Of a stretch of DNA of 64,000 nt, positions 1 through 7,972 are shown one piece after another. Origin of the DNA: Candidatus Iainarchaeum sp. (GTDB taxonomy: Archaea > Iainarchaeota > Iainarchaeia > Iainarchaeales > UBA10219); assembly GCA_018304425.1 (NCBI GenBank), contig JAGVWE010000002.1:352001-416000 (forward strand), in the 5' to 3' direction. The position numbers were made by a program, and so were the translations under genes. Position 1 is the first letter of the stretch. Each line of letters starts with the position of its first letter. Below the pieces are notes generated by a model that was given only the letters and a program-made list of their open reading frames with translations, was not told where the DNA came from and did not search any database.

Positions 1-439
1 TCTCGACTTTGGGCGTGATGAAATTGATGTGGAGGACGTGAAACGAGTGGTGCGCGTTAAAGGAGGATTTCATGCCAGCAACCTTGGCATTGGCCTTTGA
101 GGCTGGCAAGCCGGCTGCGACCAGGCCCGTGGAGAGCGCGGCCTGAAAGGCCTCAAAGGAGATGGAGTCCAGCAACTCGTTGCCGAGCCAGTAGGCTTCG
201 ATAACGCGCTCGTCGAAGCGGTCGAGGCGGTTGGCGGAGGCGATGAGGTCGAGGTAGAGGTTGAGGCCGGTGAAGCCCGAGAGGAGTTCCCGGATTCCAG
301 GGGCTCGTTCTTGGGTGGGGTGGGAGACGAAGTCCTTGAAGGCGTGGAACGCGTTTTCCGGGCCGCAGTAATTCAAGCGGTTGGTGGCATAACTGTATTT
401 GCAGGCCCGCACCAGGCCCTCAAACGTGCCAGTCGGCAA
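1..439 (-). CDS. DUF6390-like hydrogenase-associated protein, runs off window start (not in ORF track)
   Basis: Translated by hand from TTG at 439: MPTGTFEGLVRACKYSYATNRLNYCGPE...LYLDLIASAN...VIEAYWLGNELL...HHSFHVLH. The YCGP, EAYWxGN and HHSFHV motifs match the DUF6390 family found in hydrogenase loci. Confidence 0.75.
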   Translation of the reverse strand, partial: MPTGTFEGLVRACKYSYATNRLNYCGPENAFHAFKDFVSHPTQERAPGIRELLSGFTGLNLYLDLIASANRLDRFDERVIEAYWLGNELLDSISFEAFQAALSTGLVAAGLPASKANAKVAGMKSSFNAHHSFHVLHINFITPKVE

Positions 440-1349
440 GGGATTTCACTTCGCGGGGCTTGAAAAACGGGGCAACCCAGTGGCAGCCGAACAACAAGGC
501 AATGCCTGCTACGATAAGGAAAAACCCGATGCCCTCGTTGAAGGAAACGGGTTTGTTGAGGAAGAGCACGGAAAGCAGGGCAGTAATGGGAAGGCCGATT
601 AGCAGGACGGACGTTGCAACGGAAGCCCTTGCCTCCCGCAAGCCAATGAACCAAAACCATTGGTAGAGGAACAGGAAGGCCGCACCCAAGAGACTCCACT
701 GGAGCTGGACCGGGGTCACTTCAGCAAAGAATTTAACGCGGTCGGTTGCGGCAAGGAACGCCAGCATGAAGAGGCTTCCAAAAAACATGCGGGCAAAGGC
801 CACGACGCGGGGGGAAAGCCGGCATGAGTTCAGGGCCTGCTTGGCGAGGATGTTTTCCACCGACCAAAAGAGCACGGCAACCAAGATGAGCGCGTCATAA
901 AAGGTGAAGCCCTTGACGTTGATGCCGAACAACAAGACGTTGCCTGCCAGCAAAAGACCGGCTGCGGCGAGGAACCTTCGGCTGATTTGCTCTTTGAGAA
1001 AAAACCAGGCCAGTAGGGCCACCCAAATGAAGAGGGTCTTGTGGAGAAAGGCCGCGTTCACGGCCGGCGTGAGCTTCAAGGCGTAAAAGTAGAGGAGGAA
1101 CGGGATGCTGCCGCCGACCACGCCTATTGCGAGGAGTTGCATCCACTGGCGCCTGGAAAAGGCCCGGAAAGCGCTGAACTCCTTAAGCAAAAACAAGGCG
1201 GCGAGAAAGGCAAGGGCCACCAGGGAATTCTTTAAAACCGTGAACACGAATGGATCGGATTCCGCGACCGCAAACTTGTTGAGGAAGATGGAGAACCCGC
1301 TTACAACGCCAGTCAAGGCGGCAAACCAAACGCCTTTATTCTCGTCCAC
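420..1349 (-). CDS. EamA/DMT family transporter
   Basis: About 10 hydrophobic helices with DMT motifs (WFFLKE, SVLFLNKP). Likely GTG start at MDENKGVW; the ORF-track extension to 1649 overlaps the opposite-strand gene. Confidence 0.85.
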   Translation of the reverse strand: MDENKGVWFAALTGVVSGFSIFLNKFAVAESDPFVFTVLKNSLVALAFLAALFLLKEFSAFRAFSRRQWMQLLAIGVVGGSIPFLLYFYALKLTPAVNAAFLHKTLFIWVALLAWFFLKEQISRRFLAAAGLLLAGNVLLFGINVKGFTFYDALILVAVLFWSVENILAKQALNSCRLSPRVVAFARMFFGSLFMLAFLAATDRVKFFAEVTPVQLQWSLLGAAFLFLYQWFWFIGLREARASVATSVLLIGLPITALLSVLFLNKPVSFNEGIGFFLIVAGIALLFGCHWVAPFFKPREVKSLADWHV

Positions 1350-1362
1350 GCAAGGGTTTACC

Positions 1363-1773
1363 GTGGAAGAGGTTAAAAAACAAGGCGGGAAACGGAAAAT
1401 CCTGGTGTTCGGCAACCCCTGGGTGGAACGGGATGCGCTGCCCTTGAAACTGTTGCCAAGGCTGCGGAAGGCATTCCCGGAAATCGAGTTCAAGGAAATG
1501 GTGCCCGAAGAAGACCTCCAAGCAGAGGGCCGGAAGCTGTTCATTCTGGACGTGGTGCAGGGCCTCCGGAAAGCCGAAGTCATCGAAGACCTGGCTCGGC
1601 TGCAGACCGTGAAACGGGTTTCCCTGCACTTCTTTGACCTGGCGCACAACCTTCAACTGCTGAAGGCCACCGACCTGATTGATTCGGCGAAAATCTTCGG
1701 CGTGCCCATGGGCCTTGAGGAAGCAACGGCCTTCCGGCAGGTTTCGGCCCTGATTAAAGCCAGTTTACCTTGA
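1363..1773 (+). CDS. Hydrogenase maturation protease-like protein (HycI/HybD fold)
   Basis: ILVFGNPWVERD, FILDVV and SLHFFDL resemble the GN..D / D / SxH motifs of the family; adjacent to the hydrogenase large subunit. Confidence 0.65.
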   Translation: MEEVKKQGGKRKILVFGNPWVERDALPLKLLPRLRKAFPEIEFKEMVPEEDLQAEGRKLFILDVVQGLRKAEVIEDLARLQTVKRVSLHFFDLAHNLQLLKATDLIDSAKIFGVPMGLEEATAFRQVSALIKASLP

Positions 1774-3040
1774 GGAAGTGGGTGGCACAACTCATGCAGG
1801 GGTCATAGGCGCGGATGAGCTTCTCGAGCGCGTACGCGATTTCCTCTTTCGGCTGGCCCAAGAGTTTTGGCAGGAAATCCCCGATGTCCCGCTCCATGTT
1901 GATCTGGTTTTGCGCGGAAGGAATGACCAGGTTGCCCCACACCACGTTGCCGGCCTTATCAAGTTCCAAGAGATAATAGAGGATGCCCCTCGGGGCCTCA
2001 ATGACGCCGATGCCTTCCCCGGCCCTGGGCGCTAGGCGGGGCACGGGTTCCTTCCTGAAGTCCGTCGACTCCAGGATTTCAACGGCCGAATCCAGGCAAT
2101 GCAAAACCTCGATGGCCTGCGCCAAATTGTTGTGGAAGACGTTTTTCGAGGGAAACAACTTCAAGGAATCGGAAGCAGAAGCCCTCGTGTCCCGATGGAG
2201 CTTGCCGCGGTTGAGGTTCATCCGGGCCAGGGCGCCCACCTTATAGGGCTGGCCCTCGAACTGGAAACCCGTGGCATTCGAGTAGGGAATGATGACCCGG
2301 TTCAAGTGGTTCCAGAAATGCTTTTCCGGCACGCAAACGCCTCTCGAGTCCATGATTTCGCCTTCCAGGAAGTCATAGTTCTGGGTCACCAGGGCCACGT
2401 AATTGCTTTCCGATAGAAAGGTTTCCGGCCACTCGGCATAGACCTTGATCAAATCGAGCACGGCGGGGCGAACGGCTTTGAGCTTGGCGAGAACGGCGGC
2501 GGATTGTTCCCGGGTTGGAACGTTGGCAAAGCCCCCAACCATCTGAATGGTGCCATGGATGGCCCGGCCCGAAACCAACGTTGAAAGGGCGTTGCCGGCT
2601 GCCTTGACCTCGAACGCGGTTTTGACCAGGGCTGGATTGGAATCAGCCAACTCCAAGACCGAGTCAATGCCCAACACATCCGGCAACGAGAAAAAGTAGA
2701 GGTGCAGGGCATGGTCGCGAATCATCAAGCCGGCCAGGGCCAGGCGGCGGAGCAACGTGGTTTGCGGGCTGGGATCGAAGTGCAGCGCGTTTTCAACGGC
2801 TTCAATGCAACAGGTCAGGTGCGCGATGCTGCACGTGCCACAGATGCGGGAAACCAGCTGTGGCATGGAGGCAAAGGGCTTGCCGCGGATGGCCTGGGTG
2901 TAGAACCGCTTGTTCTCGCTTATTTTCAGCTTCACGTCCATGACCTGGCCGCCGCGCACCACGATGTCCAGGTTGGTGTGGCCCTCGATTTTCGCGACGT
3001 TCTCAATCGAAAGGTCCAGGTCGCCGTGTGAACCGTGCAT
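1754..3040 (-). CDS. [NiFe]-hydrogenase large subunit, group 3b-like
   Basis: KIEGH, L1 motif SRICGTCSIAH, EAPRG, L2 motif DPCMSCATH followed by a short cleavable tail FLKVNWL. Confidence 0.93.
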   Translation of the reverse strand: MHGSHGDLDLSIENVAKIEGHTNLDIVVRGGQVMDVKLKISENKRFYTQAIRGKPFASMPQLVSRICGTCSIAHLTCCIEAVENALHFDPSPQTTLLRRLALAGLMIRDHALHLYFFSLPDVLGIDSVLELADSNPALVKTAFEVKAAGNALSTLVSGRAIHGTIQMVGGFANVPTREQSAAVLAKLKAVRPAVLDLIKVYAEWPETFLSESNYVALVTQNYDFLEGEIMDSRGVCVPEKHFWNHLNRVIIPYSNATGFQFEGQPYKVGALARMNLNRGKLHRDTRASASDSLKLFPSKNVFHNNLAQAIEVLHCLDSAVEILESTDFRKEPVPRLAPRAGEGIGVIEAPRGILYYLLELDKAGNVVWGNLVIPSAQNQINMERDIGDFLPKLLGQPKEEIAYALEKLIRAYDPCMSCATHFLKVNWL

Positions 3041-3534
3041 CAGCCCACCTCCATTTGGGCGATGTATTTCTCCACGACCTGGACGAAACCGGTCTCCAGC
3101 ATGGGACAACCAGGCACCTGCTCATCCACTTTAACGACTTCGGTCGGGGCCTTCATGCGCTCGAACTGGCCGAGCTTCTGCACGAGCGGCTGGATTTCCT
3201 TTTTCAGCCCGTCCGGAAAGTTGTTGCGCTGTGCGCTCGGCAAGCCGTTTATGGCACAGGTGCCGATGGCGACAACGACTTTCGAGTTGGCCCGGATTTC
3301 CCTGAGCTTGGCTTCCTCGGCTGGCGCGGAAATCGCGCCCTCCACGAAGGCAAGGTCCAGGTTGGAGGCGTCGTTCTTGGAGCGCAGGGTGCGCGCGTAA
3401 ACGATGTCTATCTTGTCCTTCCACTCGAAGAACTTGTAGTTGAGGGCTTCCAAGAGCGTGATGACGCAGCCCTCGTCTCCAGTGAACGAGAAAATGCCGA
3501 CGCGGAGCTTTTTTGGGGCGGCCACGAAAACCAA
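3040..3534 (-). CDS. [NiFe]-hydrogenase small subunit, short, proximal-cluster domain only
   Basis: GDEGC, FVEGAI, AIGTCAING and VPGCP motifs; stop overlaps the large-subunit start. Start may be GTG at 3525. Confidence 0.85.
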   Translation of the reverse strand: MVFVAAPKKLRVGIFSFTGDEGCVITLLEALNYKFFEWKDKIDIVYARTLRSKNDASNLDLAFVEGAISAPAEEAKLREIRANSKVVVAIGTCAINGLPSAQRNNFPDGLKKEIQPLVQKLGQFERMKAPTEVVKVDEQVPGCPMLETGFVQVVEKYIAQMEVG

Positions 3535-3565
3535 TAGAAGTATTCAGCGAAGAGCTATTTAAGGG

Positions 3566-3712
3566 TTAGCAGAACTCGCACACGCTTTTGCCGCCGGGCT
3601 GGTCGCCCCAGTCGAATTTGGACACGCAGGCCGGGCTGCAAAAGTCCTTGCCGTTCTTGCGAATGGAGTTCGCTGGCAAGGGGTTGTTGCATTGCGCGCA
3701 GGTGCTTGGCAT
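3566..3712 (-). CDS. 48-aa Cys-rich TRASH/YHS-like metal-binding protein (not in ORF track)
   Basis: MPSTCAQCNNPLPANSIRKNGKDFCSPACVSKFDWGDQPGGKSVCEFC*; fills the intergenic gap, with a purine-rich AGGATGG just upstream. Confidence 0.75.
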   Translation of the reverse strand: MPSTCAQCNNPLPANSIRKNGKDFCSPACVSKFDWGDQPGGKSVCEFC

Positions 3713-3754
3713 ACCATCCTATGAAGGGCAAGGAAATTAATAAGGCTTTCGCGT

Positions 3755-4300
3755 TCACGGAACTGGCTTGACCACCAGGGTGCCGCGCATGTCGGAATGG
3801 CCAGAACCACAGGAGACGTTGCAGTAGAATGGGAAGTGACCGGCCTTGTCCGCCTTGAACTCAGCTACCGTGGTTTTGCCGGGTTCAAGCTTTTGGGAGA
3901 CGCCGAAAGCCGGGATGGCCAGACCGTGCACCCCGTCCTGGGTGGAAACCACGAGCCGAACCCATTCCCCTTGGTTGACTTCAATGGTGCTGGGCTCAAA
4001 GCCCCAGTTGAAGGCGCGCACCAGGACTTCCACGGGCACGGCCTCCGATGAAACGGGTGCCTGGGAAGGCGGGGACTCGGGCGCGGGCAAGGACACGGGC
4101 AGGGGTTCCAGAGCAGGCGCGGGAGAAGGTAAAGGAACTGGTGTTGGTGGTACCACGGGAAGCCGAACGCTGGCTTCGGGTTCCGGGGGGAACGAGGGCG
4201 GCTCCTGCACGGGAACCGGCTGGCGTTGGGGCTGGAGGCAACCCGTGAACGCAAGCAAGACAAGTCCTGCTAGGCAGGCAAACCGAAGAATGCTCCCCAT
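3755..4300 (-). CDS. Cupredoxin-domain lipoprotein (CuA-type ligand motif)
   Basis: Lipobox FTGC, Pro-rich linker, VHGL...CNVSCGSGHSDM. Confidence 0.85.
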   Translation of the reverse strand: MGSILRFACLAGLVLLAFTGCLQPQRQPVPVQEPPSFPPEPEASVRLPVVPPTPVPLPSPAPALEPLPVSLPAPESPPSQAPVSSEAVPVEVLVRAFNWGFEPSTIEVNQGEWVRLVVSTQDGVHGLAIPAFGVSQKLEPGKTTVAEFKADKAGHFPFYCNVSCGSGHSDMRGTLVVKPVP

Positions 4301-4325
4301 GCAGAGTTGGAACGGCAAAACGGAT

Positions 4326-5102
4326 TTAAAACTTTGCCAGGGACAAGGCCTTGGAGGCTTCCACGAGCTGGCGGGTGTAGGCCTGGCTGGGGCGGGAGAA
4401 GAGTTGGCGGGTAGAACCGGCTTCCACGACCCTTCCATCCTTCAAGACCAGGGCCTGCCCGCACACGGCTTTGACGACGCGCAGGTCATGGGAGATGAAC
4501 AAGTAGGAGAGGCCGAACTGTTTTTGCAGGCGCTGGAGCAAGGAAAGGAGCTGGGCCTGCACCGAGACATCGAGCCCGGAAGTCGGCTCGTCCAAGACCA
4601 AGAGCCTGGGTTGGAGGGAAAGGGCACGGGCAATGCATAAACGCTGGCGTTGGCCGCCCGAAAACTCGTGGGGAAAGCGGAACAAGCCGGAGTCATCCAA
4701 GCCAACCAGGGCCAGGAGTTCGGAGGCCTTGGCACGGGCTTCGCCGGACTGGATCAAGCCGAAGTTGAGGAGTGGCTCGGAGAGCAACTGGTGGACGGGC
4801 ATGCGCGGGTTCAAGGCGGAAAAGGGGTCCTGGAAAACGATTTGAAGCCAGCGGCGCTGCGCGCGCATGCCGTGAAAGTCGAGGTCCAAGAGGTTTGTGC
4901 CGTTGAAGCGGATGCTGCCGGCATCCGGTTCGAGGAGGCGCAGGACCAGCCGGGCCAGGGTGGACTTGCCGCTCCCGGACTCGCCAACCAGGCCCAGCGC
5001 GGTGCCGGCTTCAAGGGAAAACGAGACCCCATTCACGGCATGGACTGCCTTCCCCGAATCCCGGAAGGACTTGCACAGGTTTCTCACTTCCAGCAACGCC
5101 AT
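4326..5102 (-). CDS. oppF: Peptide ABC transporter ATP-binding subunit (OppF/DppF)
   Basis: GESGSGKS, FQDPFSALNP, FSGGQRQR, LDEPTS. Confidence 0.92.
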   Translation of the reverse strand: MALLEVRNLCKSFRDSGKAVHAVNGVSFSLEAGTALGLVGESGSGKSTLARLVLRLLEPDAGSIRFNGTNLLDLDFHGMRAQRRWLQIVFQDPFSALNPRMPVHQLLSEPLLNFGLIQSGEARAKASELLALVGLDDSGLFRFPHEFSGGQRQRLCIARALSLQPRLLVLDEPTSGLDVSVQAQLLSLLQRLQKQFGLSYLFISHDLRVVKAVCGQALVLKDGRVVEAGSTRQLFSRPSQAYTRQLVEASKALSLAKF

Positions 5103-5106
5103 GGTC

Positions 5107-5889
5107 TCACCGCAGGACGGCCTCCAAGAGGGCCCTCGTATATGGATGCCGGGGCTTCGAGAAAACGGTTTGCGTTTTTCCCTGTTCGACGATTTCGCCT
5201 TGCCGCAAAACGGCCACTCTTGAGCAATGCCGGGAAACGATGCCCAGGTCGTGGGAGATGAAGAGCACGGAGAGGTCGAACTGCCTTCGCAGCGAGGCCA
5301 GCAGGGAAAGGATTTCGGCTTGAACGGTTACGTCCAAGGCAGAAGTGGGTTCATCGGCAATCAAGAGTTTTGGCTTGCAGGACAAGGCCATGGCAATCAT
5401 GGCCTTTTGCCGCATGCCGCCGGAGAGCTGGTGGGGAAAGGCTTGAAAGACTTGCCGAGGACGAGGCATGTGAACTGCTTCCAACAGGGAGAGGACTTCC
5501 TGGCGCGCTTCCCATGGGGAGAGGCCCCTGTGGTAGAGAAGGGGTTCGGAAAGCTGTTCTCCCACGGAAAGAACCGGGTTGAAGGCGGTGAGCGGCTCCT
5601 GGAAGACCATGGCCAGTTGATGGCCCCTTATTTTTTGGCGCCGGGTTTCGGGCAGGGTTCGAAGGTCTTCGCCCGCAAAAAAGATCTCCCCCGAAGTGAT
5701 GCGGGCGGAGGGGTCCAGCAAGCCGAGGATGGCCAAGGCGGTAACGGTTTTGCCGCTGCCGGACTCGCCGACCAAGCCCATGCACTCGTTTTCGTGCACG
5801 TCAAAGGAAACCCGGCGCACGGCCTGCAACGGCAAGCCGGGGAACTCGACGGAGAGGCCTTTCACGGAGAGGAGCGGGACTTGCTTCAT
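5107..5889 (-). CDS. oppD: Peptide ABC transporter ATP-binding subunit (OppD/DppD)
   Basis: GESGSGKT, LSGGMRQ, IADEPTSALDVT, PRHPYT. Confidence 0.92.
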   Translation of the reverse strand: MKQVPLLSVKGLSVEFPGLPLQAVRRVSFDVHENECMGLVGESGSGKTVTALAILGLLDPSARITSGEIFFAGEDLRTLPETRRQKIRGHQLAMVFQEPLTAFNPVLSVGEQLSEPLLYHRGLSPWEARQEVLSLLEAVHMPRPRQVFQAFPHQLSGGMRQKAMIAMALSCKPKLLIADEPTSALDVTVQAEILSLLASLRRQFDLSVLFISHDLGIVSRHCSRVAVLRQGEIVEQGKTQTVFSKPRHPYTRALLEAVLR

Positions 5890-7007
5890 GGGCCTCGCCT
5901 CCGTTTGGGGTCAAGGGCTTCCCGCAGTCCCTCGGCCACGAAGTTGAAGGACAACACGGTGAGGAAAAGCATGAAGCCCGGAAAGAACGCCTGCCAAGGC
6001 GAGGTGCGCAGGTAGCTCAAGCCATTCGACAACATGTTGCCCCAGGAAGCCGTGGGCGGCTGCACGCCCAAGCCAAGAAAGCTGAGGCCGGACTCGAGCA
6101 GGATGGCCCCTGCCAGGAAGAGCGTGGCCTGCACGATGATGGGGGCCAAGGCGTTGGGCAGGATGTGCCTGAAAATGATTTGGGTCTGGGTACAGCCAAT
6201 GGCCTTGGCCGCTTCCACGAATTCGCGTTGCCGGAGGGAAAGGACTTCCGCGCGAACCAGCCGGGCAGGGGAAGGCCAGCTGAGCACGCCAATCAAGAGG
6301 ATGGTGCTCGCAAGGTTGGCGCCGGTCAAGGCCACAAAGGTCAGGAGCAGCATCATACCGGGCAGGCTCATCCAGACGTCGGCCAAGCGCATGATTACCG
6401 AATCGAGGAAGCCGCCATAGTAACCGGCCAGGCAGCCGAGCAGTACACCCAGGGAAAGGGCGATGACCACGGCAAGGAAGCCAACGGAAAGCGAGATGCG
6501 GGAGGCGTAGAGGACGCGGGCGAACACGTCGCGACCGAATTCGTCGGAGCCGAATAAATGGGTTGGAGAGGGCGGCTGGTTTTCGCTGCTGAAAAGAACC
6601 AGTTCAAAAACCTTGTTCTCGTGCACGACCTCAAAGCGCTGGACGAAGCTGTTGACGGATTCGAGGTTTTCCAGGCCGATGGCTGCAAGCCTTTGCCGAA
6701 GCAGCCTGAAACCGGCAAACGGCAGGGGAAAGGCCTTGCCTGGAACGGCAAGCGCGTCCGAGAGCACGGGGAACTCGGCCAACAACGCGCTGCCATCCAG
6801 GGCGCAAGCGGCTCGCCTGCTCGTTTCCCTGAACAAGACAGATTTTTCCGTGATGCGGAGTTCGTCGGGGTCCGGAACCACGGCGTGGCCCAAGGCGTCA
6901 TTCAAGAAGGTGAAACCTGCCAATAGGTACAAGAGGCAGAGGAGGGCCAGGCCGCAGACGGCCAAGCGGTTGCCTAAAAAGTAATGCAGGGCGTCAGGGT
7001 TGCTCAT
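5886..7007 (-). CDS. oppC: Peptide ABC transporter permease (OppC) with an inserted soluble region
   Basis: HLFGSDEFGRD, EFVEAAKAIG, ESGLSFLGLGVQPPTASWG, EGLREALDP. Confidence 0.92.
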   Translation of the reverse strand: MSNPDALHYFLGNRLAVCGLALLCLLYLLAGFTFLNDALGHAVVPDPDELRITEKSVLFRETSRRAACALDGSALLAEFPVLSDALAVPGKAFPLPFAGFRLLRQRLAAIGLENLESVNSFVQRFEVVHENKVFELVLFSSENQPPSPTHLFGSDEFGRDVFARVLYASRISLSVGFLAVVIALSLGVLLGCLAGYYGGFLDSVIMRLADVWMSLPGMMLLLTFVALTGANLASTILLIGVLSWPSPARLVRAEVLSLRQREFVEAAKAIGCTQTQIIFRHILPNALAPIIVQATLFLAGAILLESGLSFLGLGVQPPTASWGNMLSNGLSYLRTSPWQAFFPGFMLFLTVLSFNFVAEGLREALDPKRRRGP

Positions 7008-7968
7008 AGCGAATCCTCGGATCAGCGCAGGCGTACAAAATATCAGCCACCAGGTTGCCAATAAGAGTCAGGAAGCCGAAGAGCAGGACCTCGGCCATGA
7101 GCACCGGGTAATCGCGGGAAAAAACCGCGTTCACGGCAAGCCGCCCCATGCCGGGCCAGCCGAAAACGGTTTCGGTCAGCACCGCACCGGATAACAGGCC
7201 AGGAATCGAGTAGCCCAGCAGGGTCAGGAGTGGCAGCAAGGCATTGCGCAACGCGTGCTTGTAGAACACGACGTGGGATGGAAGGCCCTTGGCCTTGGCG
7301 GTGCGGATGAATTCCTGCTGGAGGACTTCGAGCATGCTGCCCCTGACATACCGGGTCAAGGCGGCGGCCTCGCCAAGGGCCAGGACCACCATGGGCAGCA
7401 GGAGGTGCGCGAAAAAGTCAGGCCAGGAGAAGGAGGCCAGCCTTGGATCCGCCATCCCGGAACTGGGCAGCCAGTTCAGGGAAACCGAGAACACCAAGAT
7501 CAACATCATGGCCAGCCAAAAATTGGGGAGGGAGAACTCGGCAAAGGCGAGGAAGGAAAAAAATCGGTCGAAGAAGGAATGGGGTTTCAAGGCAGAGGTG
7601 ACGCCGAGGGGCACGGCTATCAGCAGGGCCAGCAGGAGCGAGGAAACCGATAAGGCCAGGGTCGGAAAAACGCGTTCGCCCAGGAGTTGGATGACGGGGT
7701 AACCGGGCTTCAAGCCAATGGACTGGCCCAAGTCCCCGGACAAAACCCGTGAAAGCCAGGAAAGGTATTGAAGCGGAAGGGGCTGGTCCAGGCCCAGGCG
7801 TTCCTCCAGTGCCTGAACGGCCGCGGGGTCAAAGGCTTTCTCGCCCAGGAGGGTGGAGGCCGGGCTTCCAGGAGCCAAATGGATGATGGAAAAGGACAGC
7901 AGGGAAAGGAGGAACAGCAGGGGAAGGATGCCCAGCAACCGCTTGACCGCATACCGGGTTAAGGCCAT
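6994..7968 (-). CDS. oppB: Peptide ABC transporter permease (OppB)
   Basis: LGLDQPL, GDLGQS, EFIRTAKAKGL, ETVFGWPGMG, DPRIR. Confidence 0.93.
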   Translation of the reverse strand: MALTRYAVKRLLGILPLLFLLSLLSFSIIHLAPGSPASTLLGEKAFDPAAVQALEERLGLDQPLPLQYLSWLSRVLSGDLGQSIGLKPGYPVIQLLGERVFPTLALSVSSLLLALLIAVPLGVTSALKPHSFFDRFFSFLAFAEFSLPNFWLAMMLILVFSVSLNWLPSSGMADPRLASFSWPDFFAHLLLPMVVLALGEAAALTRYVRGSMLEVLQQEFIRTAKAKGLPSHVVFYKHALRNALLPLLTLLGYSIPGLLSGAVLTETVFGWPGMGRLAVNAVFSRDYPVLMAEVLLFGFLTLIGNLVADILYACADPRIRYEQP

Positions 7969-7972
7969 GGTT

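Noticed and set aside
1754-3534. Selenocysteine or stop-codon recoding in the hydrogenase
   Set aside because: All large-subunit ligands are ordinary Cys codons; TGA, TAG and TAA all act as normal stops throughout the window.
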